From: Candidatus Woesearchaeota archaeon
GTDB taxonomy: Archaea > Nanobdellota > Nanobdellia > SCGC-AAA011-G17 > PNOQ01
Direction of reading: 5' to 3'
Assembly: GCA_964448715.1 (NCBI GenBank)
Contig: CAYUWX010000001.1
Location: forward strand, 1-62,454
DNA length: 62,454 nt
Position numbers and translations under genes: made by a program
Part shown: piece after piece, positions 37,122 through 46,277 of the stretch
Layout of the letters: every line of letters starts with the position of its first letter
Numbering within the stretch: position 1 is the first letter of the stretch
Notes under the pieces: model-generated
What the model was told of the DNA's origin: nothing
Seen by the model: only the letters and a program-made list of their open reading frames with translations
Databases searched by the model: none

Positions 37122-37505
37122 ATGAAATCAAAATTAGTATTAGCAACAATATTTGCCGTTCTTGCATTTGCATTAACAGTATATGCATATGATTGGGATG
37201 ATTGTCCGGCAAATAAAAAAGGAGAAGATGGAAATTATTATGGGTGTGGTACACCAAAACCTACATCTGAAGAAGCAAAAGCAGCAGGTAAAGCACAAGC
37301 AGCCCTAGCATGTGAAGCAGATTGTAAGGCAAGAGGATTTGTGGGGGGAACAGTAAGTGGTTGTGTAAAGATTCAAGGACACAGCGGAGGAGGACATCAA
37401 GCACTAATGAAGTGTACAAAATGTGATTGTTCATTACTTGCCCCGCCAGTAATAGGGGATGTATCTGGTATTTTTTGGGGAATAGGGGGATTACCCCTTT
37501 CCTAA
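37122..37505 (+). CDS. Secreted cysteine-rich protein
   Basis: Signal peptide MKSKLVLATIFAVLAFALTVYA, at least 9 Cys, and a hydrophobic Gly-rich C-terminus (GIFWGIGGLPLS). A strong Shine-Dalgarno (AGGAGGT) lies upstream. G+C looks higher than in neighbours by eye. Confidence 0.5.
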   Translation: MKSKLVLATIFAVLAFALTVYAYDWDDCPANKKGEDGNYYGCGTPKPTSEEAKAAGKAQAALACEADCKARGFVGGTVSGCVKIQGHSGGGHQALMKCTKCDCSLLAPPVIGDVSGIFWGIGGLPLS

Positions 37506-37509
37506 TTTT

Positions 37510-38856
37510 TTATAATTCTAAACCTAATTCTTCTAATTCTTTTCTTTTTGCTTTTAATGCTGAAGGAGCTTCTCCCCCATGCCAAGTAAATCTAGGACGA
37601 ACATTCATAGGAAATATTCTTTCAGAATTATCATCTAAAACAATAGCAGAACCTTTCATTCTAGGTAAATTATTCATATAAGTTTGAACATCACTTAACA
37701 TATAAGTTTGCATCATATCATTTAATGCAGTAATATCTTTTTTTGCAGTTAACCTATGGCTAATAACAATATCAGATTGAGTAATAACATCTTTATGAAT
37801 TTCTCCAGGTTGTTGAGTAGCTAAAATCATTGAAATTCCAGGTTGTCTACCTTCTCTTAATAATTGAATTAAAGCATCTGAAGCAGCAGTTTTTCCTTCT
37901 TTAGGTAAAAATTCATGAGCTTCATCTAACATTAACCAAACTAAAGGCATTTGTTCCTTTCTTTTTTTTTCCTTTTCAAATCCTAAATAACTTGTACCTG
38001 TTTCAATTGCCTTTATTTCTTCTATTTTTCTAGCAGTCATCCTTTCAAGAAGTAGTTTTTTTGCAATTAAACCAGTAACTAAATTTTTAATTCCCCAACT
38101 TCCTGCTATATGGGAATAACAACTTATATCTAAAACTGAAACTCTTCCAGGCCTAATTAAGTCTTTAATTTCTGTTCCTTCCTTAGAAAATAATCCCCAT
38201 CCTTTTGTAGATTCAAATAGATTAATTGTTGCATCTTTTGTAGTTTTATCAATAGTAGAATCCTTTTCGATTAATTGAATAACATCTAATACATCATATT
38301 CTTTTTTGGTATCTTGTAATTGTCCAATAGTTTTTTCAATTAATATTCCAACAGGTTCCATAAGATTTAAATTAAAAATATTTGCCCAATCTCCAGAATC
38401 TAATTCTGAAGTTTTTATTGAAAATGGAAAATCGACAGGAATTTTCTTTTTTTTATACTGGTCAACATATCCAATGGGAGTAAAAACATCAACAGTATCT
38501 AATTTTGTTGGAACCTCATTCCATCCTGCTAATAATTCCTCTTCTTTTTGGTTAGCATATTTCATTGTCCAGAAAATTCCCATAGTATCAAACATAAGAA
38601 TTCCTAAATTTTTAGAAACTTCTTCAGGTAGAGAAGACATTTCTTCAGCCATAACACCTAATGTATAAGATTTACCAGAACCTCTCTTACCCGATATTAA
38701 AACAACATGTGCTCTAGCAACATCCATTCTAATATTAGAACTTAGAGACACGGTTTGACCCATTTTTACATAATGTCTACCTAAAAAAATAGTTCCACTA
38801 TCACCAAACTTCTTTTTATCAGATACAGTCCTACCTACAATAATATCATATGGCAT
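37510..38856 (-). CDS. HerA-like / DUF87 P-loop ATPase
   Basis: N-terminal barrel-like IVGRT...FLGRH, Walker A GKRGSGKS and Walker B WLMLDEAH. No NurA-like gene is adjacent. Confidence 0.65.
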   Translation of the reverse strand: MPYDIIVGRTVSDKKKFGDSGTIFLGRHYVKMGQTVSLSSNIRMDVARAHVVLISGKRGSGKSYTLGVMAEEMSSLPEEVSKNLGILMFDTMGIFWTMKYANQKEEELLAGWNEVPTKLDTVDVFTPIGYVDQYKKKKIPVDFPFSIKTSELDSGDWANIFNLNLMEPVGILIEKTIGQLQDTKKEYDVLDVIQLIEKDSTIDKTTKDATINLFESTKGWGLFSKEGTEIKDLIRPGRVSVLDISCYSHIAGSWGIKNLVTGLIAKKLLLERMTARKIEEIKAIETGTSYLGFEKEKKRKEQMPLVWLMLDEAHEFLPKEGKTAASDALIQLLREGRQPGISMILATQQPGEIHKDVITQSDIVISHRLTAKKDITALNDMMQTYMLSDVQTYMNNLPRMKGSAIVLDDNSERIFPMNVRPRFTWHGGEAPSALKAKRKELEELGLEL

Positions 38857-38941
38857 AAAATAATAATTATAATCTTATTTATTAAATCTTTCTAAATATC
38901 ACAATAATATTTATATAGTTATTATTTTTCTAAATCTAATC

Positions 38942-39781
38942 ATGTTTAGAGATCATTTAAAAACTTGGACATTATTGTTTAGTTTAAGCTTCATTTTACT
39001 AATTTTAGGCTTTGCTTTAGGTGGTTCTTCAGGTTTAACATTTGCATTATTATTTACTTTAGGAATGAATATAGCCACCTATTGGTATTCTGATAAAATA
39101 GCTCTAAAACTTTATAGGGCACAAAAATCAAAATATTCGGATAATGTAAAATTACATGAAATGATTAAAGATATTTCTATGAGGGCAGGAATCAAAACCC
39201 CATCAGTTTATATTATTCCTTCAAGTAATCCAAATGCATTTGCAACAGGAAGAAATGAAGATAAGTCAGTAATAGCAGTAACAAACGGATTATTAGAAAT
39301 ATTAGAAGAAAAAGAATTAAGAGGAGTTATAGCACATGAAATAGCTCACATAAAAAATAAAGATATATTATTAACAACCATTTCTTCAATTATTGCAGGA
39401 ACTTTAATGTATGTAGCAATGCTTGCAAGATGGACAGCAATATTTTCTTCAGATAGAGAATCAAATTTCGGAGAAATAATTGCACTTTCAATAATAGCAC
39501 CCATAGCTGCAACTGTAATTAATCTATCAATTTCTAGATCAAGAGAATTTTTAGCAGACGAGGTTGGTTCAAGATTAATAAAAGATCCTAGGGCATTAGG
39601 AGAAGCATTAATTAAAATTCATTCAAGTTCAAAAAAAATGGAATTTGGAAATCCCGCATTATCAAATATGTTTATTTCTAATCCATTTAGAAGTTCTTCT
39701 TTGATTAATTTAATGAGCACACACCCTACTTTACAGGATAGATTAAAAAGATTAAGAAAATTAGCATTTAAATTAGACTAA
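38942..39781 (+). CDS. htpX: HtpX-type M48 zinc metalloprotease
   Basis: Transmembrane helices plus HEIAHI and a downstream E(F)LAD motif. Confidence 0.85.
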   Translation: MFRDHLKTWTLLFSLSFILLILGFALGGSSGLTFALLFTLGMNIATYWYSDKIALKLYRAQKSKYSDNVKLHEMIKDISMRAGIKTPSVYIIPSSNPNAFATGRNEDKSVIAVTNGLLEILEEKELRGVIAHEIAHIKNKDILLTTISSIIAGTLMYVAMLARWTAIFSSDRESNFGEIIALSIIAPIAATVINLSISRSREFLADEVGSRLIKDPRALGEALIKIHSSSKKMEFGNPALSNMFISNPFRSSSLINLMSTHPTLQDRLKRLRKLAFKLD

Positions 39782-40942
39782 TTTAGTATTTATCCATTCA
39801 ATTTCATTTTCTTCTAATTTTAAATTTTTTTGAATTTTATTTATTTTTATTAAAGAAACAATATCTGGAAACATTTGAAATGCTCTTTTTTCCGAAATAT
39901 TAAAATATTTTGCAGTCTTTTTAGAAATAGATTTTCTCTTAGAATTTCTCATATTACTTTGCCAAATCATTAAACCAATAGTTGGCCTTTTATATTTAAC
40001 AATTTGACTAGATTTTTTCTCTTTTGATAGAGCTACCCCTGAACTCATAAAAAATTTCTGATAAACTAAAAACCTCCAATACTGCCATTTTCTAATTCTT
40101 CCTTTGAAAACATCCGCCTTGCTCAAATAATCAAATGCTTTACTAACATTATCATATTCATAAACTACATTTCTTTGAATCCATGCCTGTAATTCATCCA
40201 ACTTAATATCTATAAGAGAATTTTCAATTAAATTAATATCCTTTGATTTGAAAATCAATCTTAAAATATTATTTAGATCTTCTTCTCTTTTTCTATCGCC
40301 TATTAATTCTAAATCTTCTTTATCCCCATTTCTTAAAGTTTGTAAATCATTAATTGCTGCCCTCAAATCTCCTCCAGCTCTAGAAGCAATAGTTTTCAAC
40401 ATAAAATCATCTAATTCAATATCTTCTTTTTTACAAATTTCACTCAATCTTTCATTAATTTCTTTAGATCCGATCTCATCAAATTCAATTATTTCAGATT
40501 TTTTGATTAAACCAGATAATTTACTTAAAGAAATATCATTAGTGGTCATAATTATAGGAAAATTTGTTTTATCTAAAATTTTAATTATGGCCTGTGCTCC
40601 TCCTCTATCCTTAACACCAGATAAACCATCTATCTCATCTATAAGAATTATTTTTGGTTTCATAAATAAACTCATTTGATGAATAGCATTATCCATAAAT
40701 TCTCCAACATTCACTTTGTTCCTAACATCAGAAGCATTTAATTCTAATACTTCATAATTATTTTCTTCAGCAAATGCATAAATAGAACAAGTCTTACCAG
40801 TTCCACTAGGGCCAAAAAGAGTTAAAGCCTTTTTCTTTTGTTCTTTAAAATTTTTTATAAAATAGGATAATTTAGTTAGGGATTCTTTATTTCCTTTAAC
40901 TTCCTTTAATGTTTTAGGGGAATATTTATTTGTTAAAATCAT
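39773..40942 (-). CDS. rfcL: Replication factor C large subunit
   Basis: GPSGTGKT and LIDEIDGL, in an operon with and overlapping rfcS. At 389 aa it is short for the family. Confidence 0.8.
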   Translation of the reverse strand: MILTNKYSPKTLKEVKGNKESLTKLSYFIKNFKEQKKKALTLFGPSGTGKTCSIYAFAEENNYEVLELNASDVRNKVNVGEFMDNAIHQMSLFMKPKIILIDEIDGLSGVKDRGGAQAIIKILDKTNFPIIMTTNDISLSKLSGLIKKSEIIEFDEIGSKEINERLSEICKKEDIELDDFMLKTIASRAGGDLRAAINDLQTLRNGDKEDLELIGDRKREEDLNNILRLIFKSKDINLIENSLIDIKLDELQAWIQRNVVYEYDNVSKAFDYLSKADVFKGRIRKWQYWRFLVYQKFFMSSGVALSKEKKSSQIVKYKRPTIGLMIWQSNMRNSKRKSISKKTAKYFNISEKRAFQMFPDIVSLIKINKIQKNLKLEENEIEWINTKLV

Positions 40943-41871
40943 TTTGAAAATGAAGCAATTAAAGCTTCTAATTGGACATACTCATCAGAACCTTCAACTA
41001 ATCTAAATTCAATTTCACCACATTTTTCAATCATATCCAATTTTTTTTCATCATTAACATCCAAATCTAAAACTTCTCTTTGTATTTGTTTTATTAAATC
41101 AACTCCAGATAATCCATGATCTAACATAGTTCTCAAAAGTAATTTTTTAGCATCTATAAAATTTCCATTAATACTCAATTCTAAAACTTCTTTAATTTCT
41201 TTAGGTCTTGCAGCAGAAGCAATTTCATAAATTAAATCCCTAGTTATTTCCTTAGATACAACCGAACAACTTTGCAAAGTATTCTCTAATTTTCTAACGT
41301 CTCCATTACTTATTTCATATAGTGCCTCAATTGCATCATCATTAACGTTTAACTCTTCTTTTTCAGAAATATTTTTTACAATTTCTTTCATATTTTCTAA
41401 TGAAAGTGGTTTAAATCTAAAAACTGAACACCTAGATTGAATAGGATCTATAATTTTACTAGAATAATTACATGATAAAATAAACCTACATGAATTTGAA
41501 TAATTTTCCATAGTTCTTCTAAGAGCTTGTTGTGCCTCTTTTGTTAATGAATCACACTCATCTAAATAGATAACCTTGAAAGGTATATCTTTTATAGATC
41601 TAGTTCTAGCAAAATCTTTTACTTTATTTCTAATAACATCAATACCTCTTTCATCAGAAGCATTTAATTCTAAAAAATTATGATTTCTATCTTCTTGAAA
41701 TAATTCGTTGGCAATAATTAAAGATAATGTTGTTTTCCCAACTCCTGCAGGACCAGTAAAAAGTAAATGAGGCATAGAATTTGATTCAATAAATGCCTTT
41801 ATTCTTGGAATAATTTTTTCTTGCCCTTTAATATCTTTAAAACTCTTTGGCCTATATTTTTCTACAAACAT
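40939..41871 (-). CDS. rfcS: Replication factor C small subunit
   Basis: VEKYRP, GPAGVGKTT, LDECDSLT and the SRC motif (QSRCSVFRF). Confidence 0.9.
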   Translation of the reverse strand: MFVEKYRPKSFKDIKGQEKIIPRIKAFIESNSMPHLLFTGPAGVGKTTLSLIIANELFQEDRNHNFLELNASDERGIDVIRNKVKDFARTRSIKDIPFKVIYLDECDSLTKEAQQALRRTMENYSNSCRFILSCNYSSKIIDPIQSRCSVFRFKPLSLENMKEIVKNISEKEELNVNDDAIEALYEISNGDVRKLENTLQSCSVVSKEITRDLIYEIASAARPKEIKEVLELSINGNFIDAKKLLLRTMLDHGLSGVDLIKQIQREVLDLDVNDEKKLDMIEKCGEIEFRLVEGSDEYVQLEALIASFSK

Positions 41872-41924
41872 ATTTTGGAGATGGATGATTTGTTTATAAG
41901 TTTTTCTTAGCTATTTGTCAACAA

Positions 41925-43175
41925 TCATCTCCGTTTAATTTTCTTACTAGATTTATCTTTAGATTTTACTTTACTAGAATCACTTTTTTCATATGTTTTT
42001 GATATACCAGAAGATTTCTTTTTCTTTTCAGTTTTAATTTTTGGTTTTTCTCTTCTTTCATTTCTAACAGAGGGTTTAGTCTTCCTATCTGTTTTCGTAT
42101 CTCGTTTATATGTAGGTTTATCTCTTGTAGAAGGAATATATTTTCTATTCTCTTTCTCCATTAATGGCCTTTCATTAGATTTTTCAATTATTTTTTCTTC
42201 CCTATGCAGTCTATCTTTATATTTTCTATGTTCATTTACATTCTTAGTTTTCCATTTAACATCAGGAATTCTATGTTTTTTAATAGGGGCATGTCTTCTT
42301 TCCATGTGTTTATAATGTACATCCCACCAATGGTGCCAAGAATCATAATGATGGTGCCTATGGTGCCTAGAATGCCATAATGGGAAAGGATCATAACCAT
42401 CCCAATAACCATCATTATCACTATCTGGATCTCTAGGATTTGTTCCAAACCACAATTCAGAAAGATCACTTAATCCATCAAAATCACTATCCCAATTATA
42501 AGGATTTGTGCCAATTCTTCTTTCTGCCCAATTAGATATTCCATCTCCATCAGAATCTCTAAAGTCATGGTTCCAATATGAATCCCACCAAGGAGAAAAA
42601 TTATCAACATAATGTACATTTACATGCCATCTCCACCAAGGTCTTTCCCAAAATTTAAAACCAATATCCTCATAAAGTCTAGATTTATTAATTGGATCTG
42701 TAAAATAAAGTTCCCCATTAATATTTACACTTTCTAAATCTAAAATATCTTGTCTAGAAAAACTATGATCATAACGACCACTTACATAAACAGATTGCAT
42801 AGGGTGCCCTTCAGGAGAATAATTATTTATATCAATTATTTCTTCTAAATTATCCTTAACATTATCTAATAAATTTTTATTAGTTCTATCTACATCTTCA
42901 TAAATCTCAATATATTCATTAAGTTCAGGAGAATATCCGCAAATCATAAAAGTATCATTTTTTCTATATTCTACTTCTTCTGGAACGACATCAAAACCAA
43001 CCCTTTTTCCATCCATCCTTCTTAATTCATTATAACTTCCACTAGAATATTTGCTGTGATATGTTCCTGCACATCCACTAGCCAAAGTTGCAACAGCCAA
43101 AACACTTAAACCTAAATTTTTCAAACTATGTTTAATCTTACTAGATAAAGAATTATATTTCATGGTATCACCCAA
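41925..43175 (-). CDS. Putative lipoprotein with thrombospondin-type-3-like Ca-binding repeats, a His/Trp-rich block and a polybasic tail
   Basis: Lipobox-like LASGC after a signal sequence; the likely start is MKYNSL at 43163. It contains DSDGDGISNW...GTNPYNWDSDFDGLSDL...GTNPRDPDSDNDGYWDG, then HSRHHRHHHYDSWHHWW, and a Lys/Arg-rich last ~110 aa. Confidence 0.6.
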   Translation of the reverse strand: MGDTMKYNSLSSKIKHSLKNLGLSVLAVATLASGCAGTYHSKYSSGSYNELRRMDGKRVGFDVVPEEVEYRKNDTFMICGYSPELNEYIEIYEDVDRTNKNLLDNVKDNLEEIIDINNYSPEGHPMQSVYVSGRYDHSFSRQDILDLESVNINGELYFTDPINKSRLYEDIGFKFWERPWWRWHVNVHYVDNFSPWWDSYWNHDFRDSDGDGISNWAERRIGTNPYNWDSDFDGLSDLSELWFGTNPRDPDSDNDGYWDGYDPFPLWHSRHHRHHHYDSWHHWWDVHYKHMERRHAPIKKHRIPDVKWKTKNVNEHRKYKDRLHREEKIIEKSNERPLMEKENRKYIPSTRDKPTYKRDTKTDRKTKPSVRNERREKPKIKTEKKKKSSGISKTYEKSDSSKVKSKDKSSKKIKRR

Positions 43176-43245
43176 TATATCTTAAGAATAGAAAATATAT
43201 AAGTTTTTCCAATAATCTTAAATATTAAAAAAATAACAAAAAAGT

Positions 43246-44178
43246 ATGGAATGGAACGCATTTGATTTAATAAATCCTGCAATAGAAAAAACAAAATCAT
43301 TACTTTTTCCAATAAATGCAAAATATTGGTTTAGATTAGGATTTGTTTCATTATTTACAGGTTCAAATAGTGGAGGAAGTTTTAGAATACCTAATTTTGG
43401 AGGATTATCTTCAAGAAACAAAGAAATTGAATTAAGTTCAATAAAAAGCAATTTAGGATTAACAGGTTTATTAATAGGATTTTTCGGAATATTTGCATTG
43501 CTATTAAATTTCATAAGTAGTGTTTTTAATTTTATATTTATTGATGCATTAGTTAAAAAGAAATATTCGATAAAACAAAGTTGGGAAGAATTAAAATCAT
43601 TAGGATTTTCATTTTTCTTATTTAGAATACTTTTTGGATTAATATTGATATTATTGATAACCATACCAATTTTATTATTCTTTTTAAAATTTGGACAAAG
43701 TGAAAATATATTTACAGCATTAGGCCCACTTATAATTTTATTACTTATACCTTTATTTTTAATTTTAATATTACTGATAGGAATCTTCTTAAGTTTTGTA
43801 CATCATTTTTCTTTAGTAGATATGTATAAAAATAAAATAAGAATAACTCGGGCAATAAAAAATACATTTAGAAATATAAATTTACAGAAAAAAGAAAGTT
43901 TAGTTTTCATACTTGCAACAATGGTTCTAGGAATTGCAATAAACATATTATCTCTAATTGTATTATTTTTAATTTTATTAATATTGATACCAATAGGAAT
44001 TTTATTTTATTTTATATTTCTATCAAATCTAATTTTAGGAATAATATTATCTATTCCAATTCTAATATTTTTAATTTATTTCATAAATGTAGCACTTTTA
44101 CCATTATATTCTTTTATGAGATACTTTTCAATTTTATCTTATGAAAAGATATACAATCAAAAAGTTTTAAATACTTGA
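43246..44178 (+). CDS. Hypothetical polytopic membrane protein
   Basis: 310 aa with at least 6 transmembrane helices. Preferred over the antisense low-complexity ORF 43218-43664. Confidence 0.5.
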   Translation: MEWNAFDLINPAIEKTKSLLFPINAKYWFRLGFVSLFTGSNSGGSFRIPNFGGLSSRNKEIELSSIKSNLGLTGLLIGFFGIFALLLNFISSVFNFIFIDALVKKKYSIKQSWEELKSLGFSFFLFRILFGLILILLITIPILLFFLKFGQSENIFTALGPLIILLLIPLFLILILLIGIFLSFVHHFSLVDMYKNKIRITRAIKNTFRNINLQKKESLVFILATMVLGIAINILSLIVLFLILLILIPIGILFYFIFLSNLILGIILSIPILIFLIYFINVALLPLYSFMRYFSILSYEKIYNQKVLNT

Positions 44179-44194
44179 AAAATAATAAATTAAT

Positions 44195-44407
44195 ATGGCA
44201 AGTTTAGAAACAATTATTTGGTATATATTTCTTTTAGATAGCTTAATTGCAAATTTTGCAGCATGGTTTTTTCCAAAAGCATACACAAAGAAATATAAGA
44301 AAATAGCTAAACATTTCCCAATAACAAAAGCATGGTGTTTCATGTATTTAGTTTTTGTACTTTGGGTAGGATGGGCATTATTCAGATTAGCTATTTTACC
44401 CTGGTAG
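44195..44407 (+). CDS. Hypothetical small membrane protein
   Basis: 70 aa with two transmembrane helices, in a co-oriented, tightly packed gene string. Confidence 0.35.
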   Translation: MASLETIIWYIFLLDSLIANFAAWFFPKAYTKKYKKIAKHFPITKAWCFMYLVFVLWVGWALFRLAILPW

Positions 44408-44460
44408 TTTAATTAATGGAAAATCATTAGTTTTTTATATTTAGAACTCTAAAATTTGGT

Positions 44461-44649
44461 ATGGAAAAAATAACATATATTTTAACAGCCCTAATAACAA
44501 CTTTTGCAGCATCACTACATTTGTATAGATTATTAATCAATGGAGATATGATAATTGGTACATGGTTTGTTCCAGCATACTTAAGTGGAATTGCATTTTT
44601 GTTAGCAGGATATTTAGCAATATTCTTTTGGAAAAAGGTTTTAAAATGA
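44461..44649 (+). CDS. Hypothetical small membrane protein
   Basis: 62 aa with two transmembrane helices. Its stop overlaps the next ATG (ATGA). Confidence 0.35.
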   Translation: MEKITYILTALITTFAASLHLYRLLINGDMIIGTWFVPAYLSGIAFLLAGYLAIFFWKKVLK

Positions 44650-44906
44650 AAAAAAGAAAAATATTTTTTTTAATAATAATTTTAATAATTATTAGTTGTT
44701 GTCAACAAAAAAATTATGAAAATTCATCAAAATCCTGTGAAAATATTTGTAAATATCAAGGGTTTTCAGAAGGAAGATGTATACATGGAACAATTAGTAA
44801 TTATATTATATGTTACGAAGAAGAAACAGATATTGGATCAATTGATGGTTGTAATGTTGAAATTCCCTGTTTTGCAGGAGCATACAAAAGGTGTTGTTGT
44901 AAATGA
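44646..44906 (+). CDS. Small secreted/lipoprotein-like cysteine-rich protein
   Basis: In-frame ATG at 44646 inside track ORF 44562-44906: MKKRKIFFLIIILIIISCCQQ... The signal and lipobox-like SC are followed by about 10 Cys, including C-x3-C, G-x-C and a terminal CCC. Confidence 0.45.
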   Translation: MKKRKIFFLIIILIIISCCQQKNYENSSKSCENICKYQGFSEGRCIHGTISNYIICYEEETDIGSIDGCNVEIPCFAGAYKRCCCK

Positions 44907-45256
44907 ATTTTTTTAAGAAAAAACCAAGATTAGAAGAAACTCTTAGATTAATAAGAAATGAATTGCAACCAGAATTTGAAGGAAAATTAATTTTTAATCA
45001 ATTTAGATTTAATTACCATATTTGGGAAGAAGGTGCAAGAGACATAGATCTAACATTAGGATTAGAATTACAACCAAAAGTCGAAGGTTATGAAAAAAAG
45101 ATTCTTTCAGTATATGAAAATCCTTACTATTATGGGAAGTATGATTTGCATATTTATATAAGGGATAAGTTAGCAGAAAATGTTTCTTTAAAACACTTAA
45201 ATCAATACATAAATCTAAAAGATTTAGAAAATGTTAATATAATCAAAGAATTTTAA
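44903..45256 (+). CDS. Hypothetical protein
   Basis: 117 aa. ATGA overlap with the preceding gene. No recognisable family. Confidence 0.4.
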   Translation: MNFFKKKPRLEETLRLIRNELQPEFEGKLIFNQFRFNYHIWEEGARDIDLTLGLELQPKVEGYEKKILSVYENPYYYGKYDLHIYIRDKLAENVSLKHLNQYINLKDLENVNIIKEF

Positions 45257-45314
45257 GTATAGTTACCTTTTTATATGGATAAATAAACTAAAAAATTGGA
45301 GGATTTATTAAAAA

Positions 45315-45461
45315 ATGGTAGAAGGATATTGTATGAAATGTAAAAGTAAAAGAGAAATGAAAGAAGCTGAAGCTTGTAAAATGAAAAACGGACGAGATTG
45401 TGTAAAAGGAAAATGTCCTGAATGTAGTACAAAAATGTTTAAAATTGGAAAAATGAAATAA
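45315..45461 (+). CDS. Small zinc-ribbon protein (DUF5679-like), 48 aa
   Basis: Below the ORF-track cutoff. Sequence MVEGYCMKCKSKREMKEAEACKMKNGRDCVKGKCPECSTKMFKIGKMK, with GGAGG 11 nt upstream. The CxxC...CxxC and MKNGR...GTKMF-type pattern match a widespread small protein family as I remember it. Confidence 0.6.
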   Translation: MVEGYCMKCKSKREMKEAEACKMKNGRDCVKGKCPECSTKMFKIGKMK

Positions 45462-45537
45462 TTTTTCCCTTTTTCTTTTTTTAATTAAATTTATATATTC
45501 TAATTTCTTAAGATAATCAAAGGAGGTGAAGTTAATA

Positions 45538-45915
45538 ATGCATTTTAGTGCCATAGAAAACATAGCATTGATTATTATTGCAATAAGTGTAATTAAATTA
45601 ATTGTATTAACTATTGATCCAAAAAAATGGATGAATTTTGCAAAATCAATTTATGCAAATCCAGTAAGACTTAAATTAATAGGAACAATACTGGCAGCAG
45701 TAATTTTATATTATCTAATTAATGCAGGAATAACAATAATAGAAATTTTTGCAGTAATGGCTTTCTTTGCAAGTTTAATCATGATAGGATTTTCAAACAT
45801 GGGATCCGAATTAGTAAAAAAATTCAAGATTAAAAACATGTGGAAAGAATACGGCTATTATACCTTGCTTTGGGTAATATTATTAATTTGGGGAATTAAA
45901 GAACTTTTCTTTTAA
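45538..45915 (+). CDS. Hypothetical membrane protein
   Basis: ATG at 45538, 10 nt after the Shine-Dalgarno GGAGGTG; the track's GTG at 45526 lies inside the SD. About 4 transmembrane helices. Confidence 0.45.
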   Translation: MHFSAIENIALIIIAISVIKLIVLTIDPKKWMNFAKSIYANPVRLKLIGTILAAVILYYLINAGITIIEIFAVMAFFASLIMIGFSNMGSELVKKFKIKNMWKEYGYYTLLWVILLIWGIKELFF

Positions 45916-45926
45916 TTCTTCTTTTT

Positions 45927-46277
45927 TTATTTTTCAATTAACCCTATTGTCTTTTTCTTAGGTTGTTTTTTCAATTTAGATAATTTTAAAGTCAGAATTC
46001 CTTTTTCAAATTTAGTTTTAGTTTTTTCTGGATTAATCCTACTAGGCAAACTAAAAGATTTGTAAAAACTTTGATATTTTCTTTCCTTTCTAAAAAATTT
46101 CTTTTCTCTCTCTTCTTTTTTTTTCTCTTTTTCAGCACTTATTTCAATATTATCGCTATCAATCTTAAAATGAATATCTTTCTTCTTAACTCCCGGAAGC
46201 TCTAAACTAACAATTAATTCATTTTTCTTATTTTCAATATCTACTAAAGGATCCAAAGTTTTTTTATTCCAAAACAT
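45927..46277 (-). CDS. hsp20: Small heat-shock protein (Hsp20/alpha-crystallin)
   Basis: ELPGVKKKDIHFKI...IEISAEKE...F.KSFSLPSRINPEKTKTKFEKGILTLKL is the alpha-crystallin domain pattern. Confidence 0.8.
   Translation of the reverse strand: MFWNKKTLDPLVDIENKKNELIVSLELPGVKKKDIHFKIDSDNIEISAEKEKKKEEREKKFFRKERKYQSFYKSFSLPSRINPEKTKTKFEKGILTLKLSKLKKQPKKKTIGLIEK

Noticed and set aside
43218-43664. 148-aa minus-strand ORF
   Set aside because: It is antisense to the 310-aa polytopic membrane protein gene and its product is an Asn/Ile/Phe low-complexity string.
45288-45563. 91-aa minus-strand ORF
   Set aside because: It is antisense to a 48-aa zinc-ribbon gene that has a Shine-Dalgarno sequence and a family-like motif, and it also overlaps the start of the next plus-strand gene.
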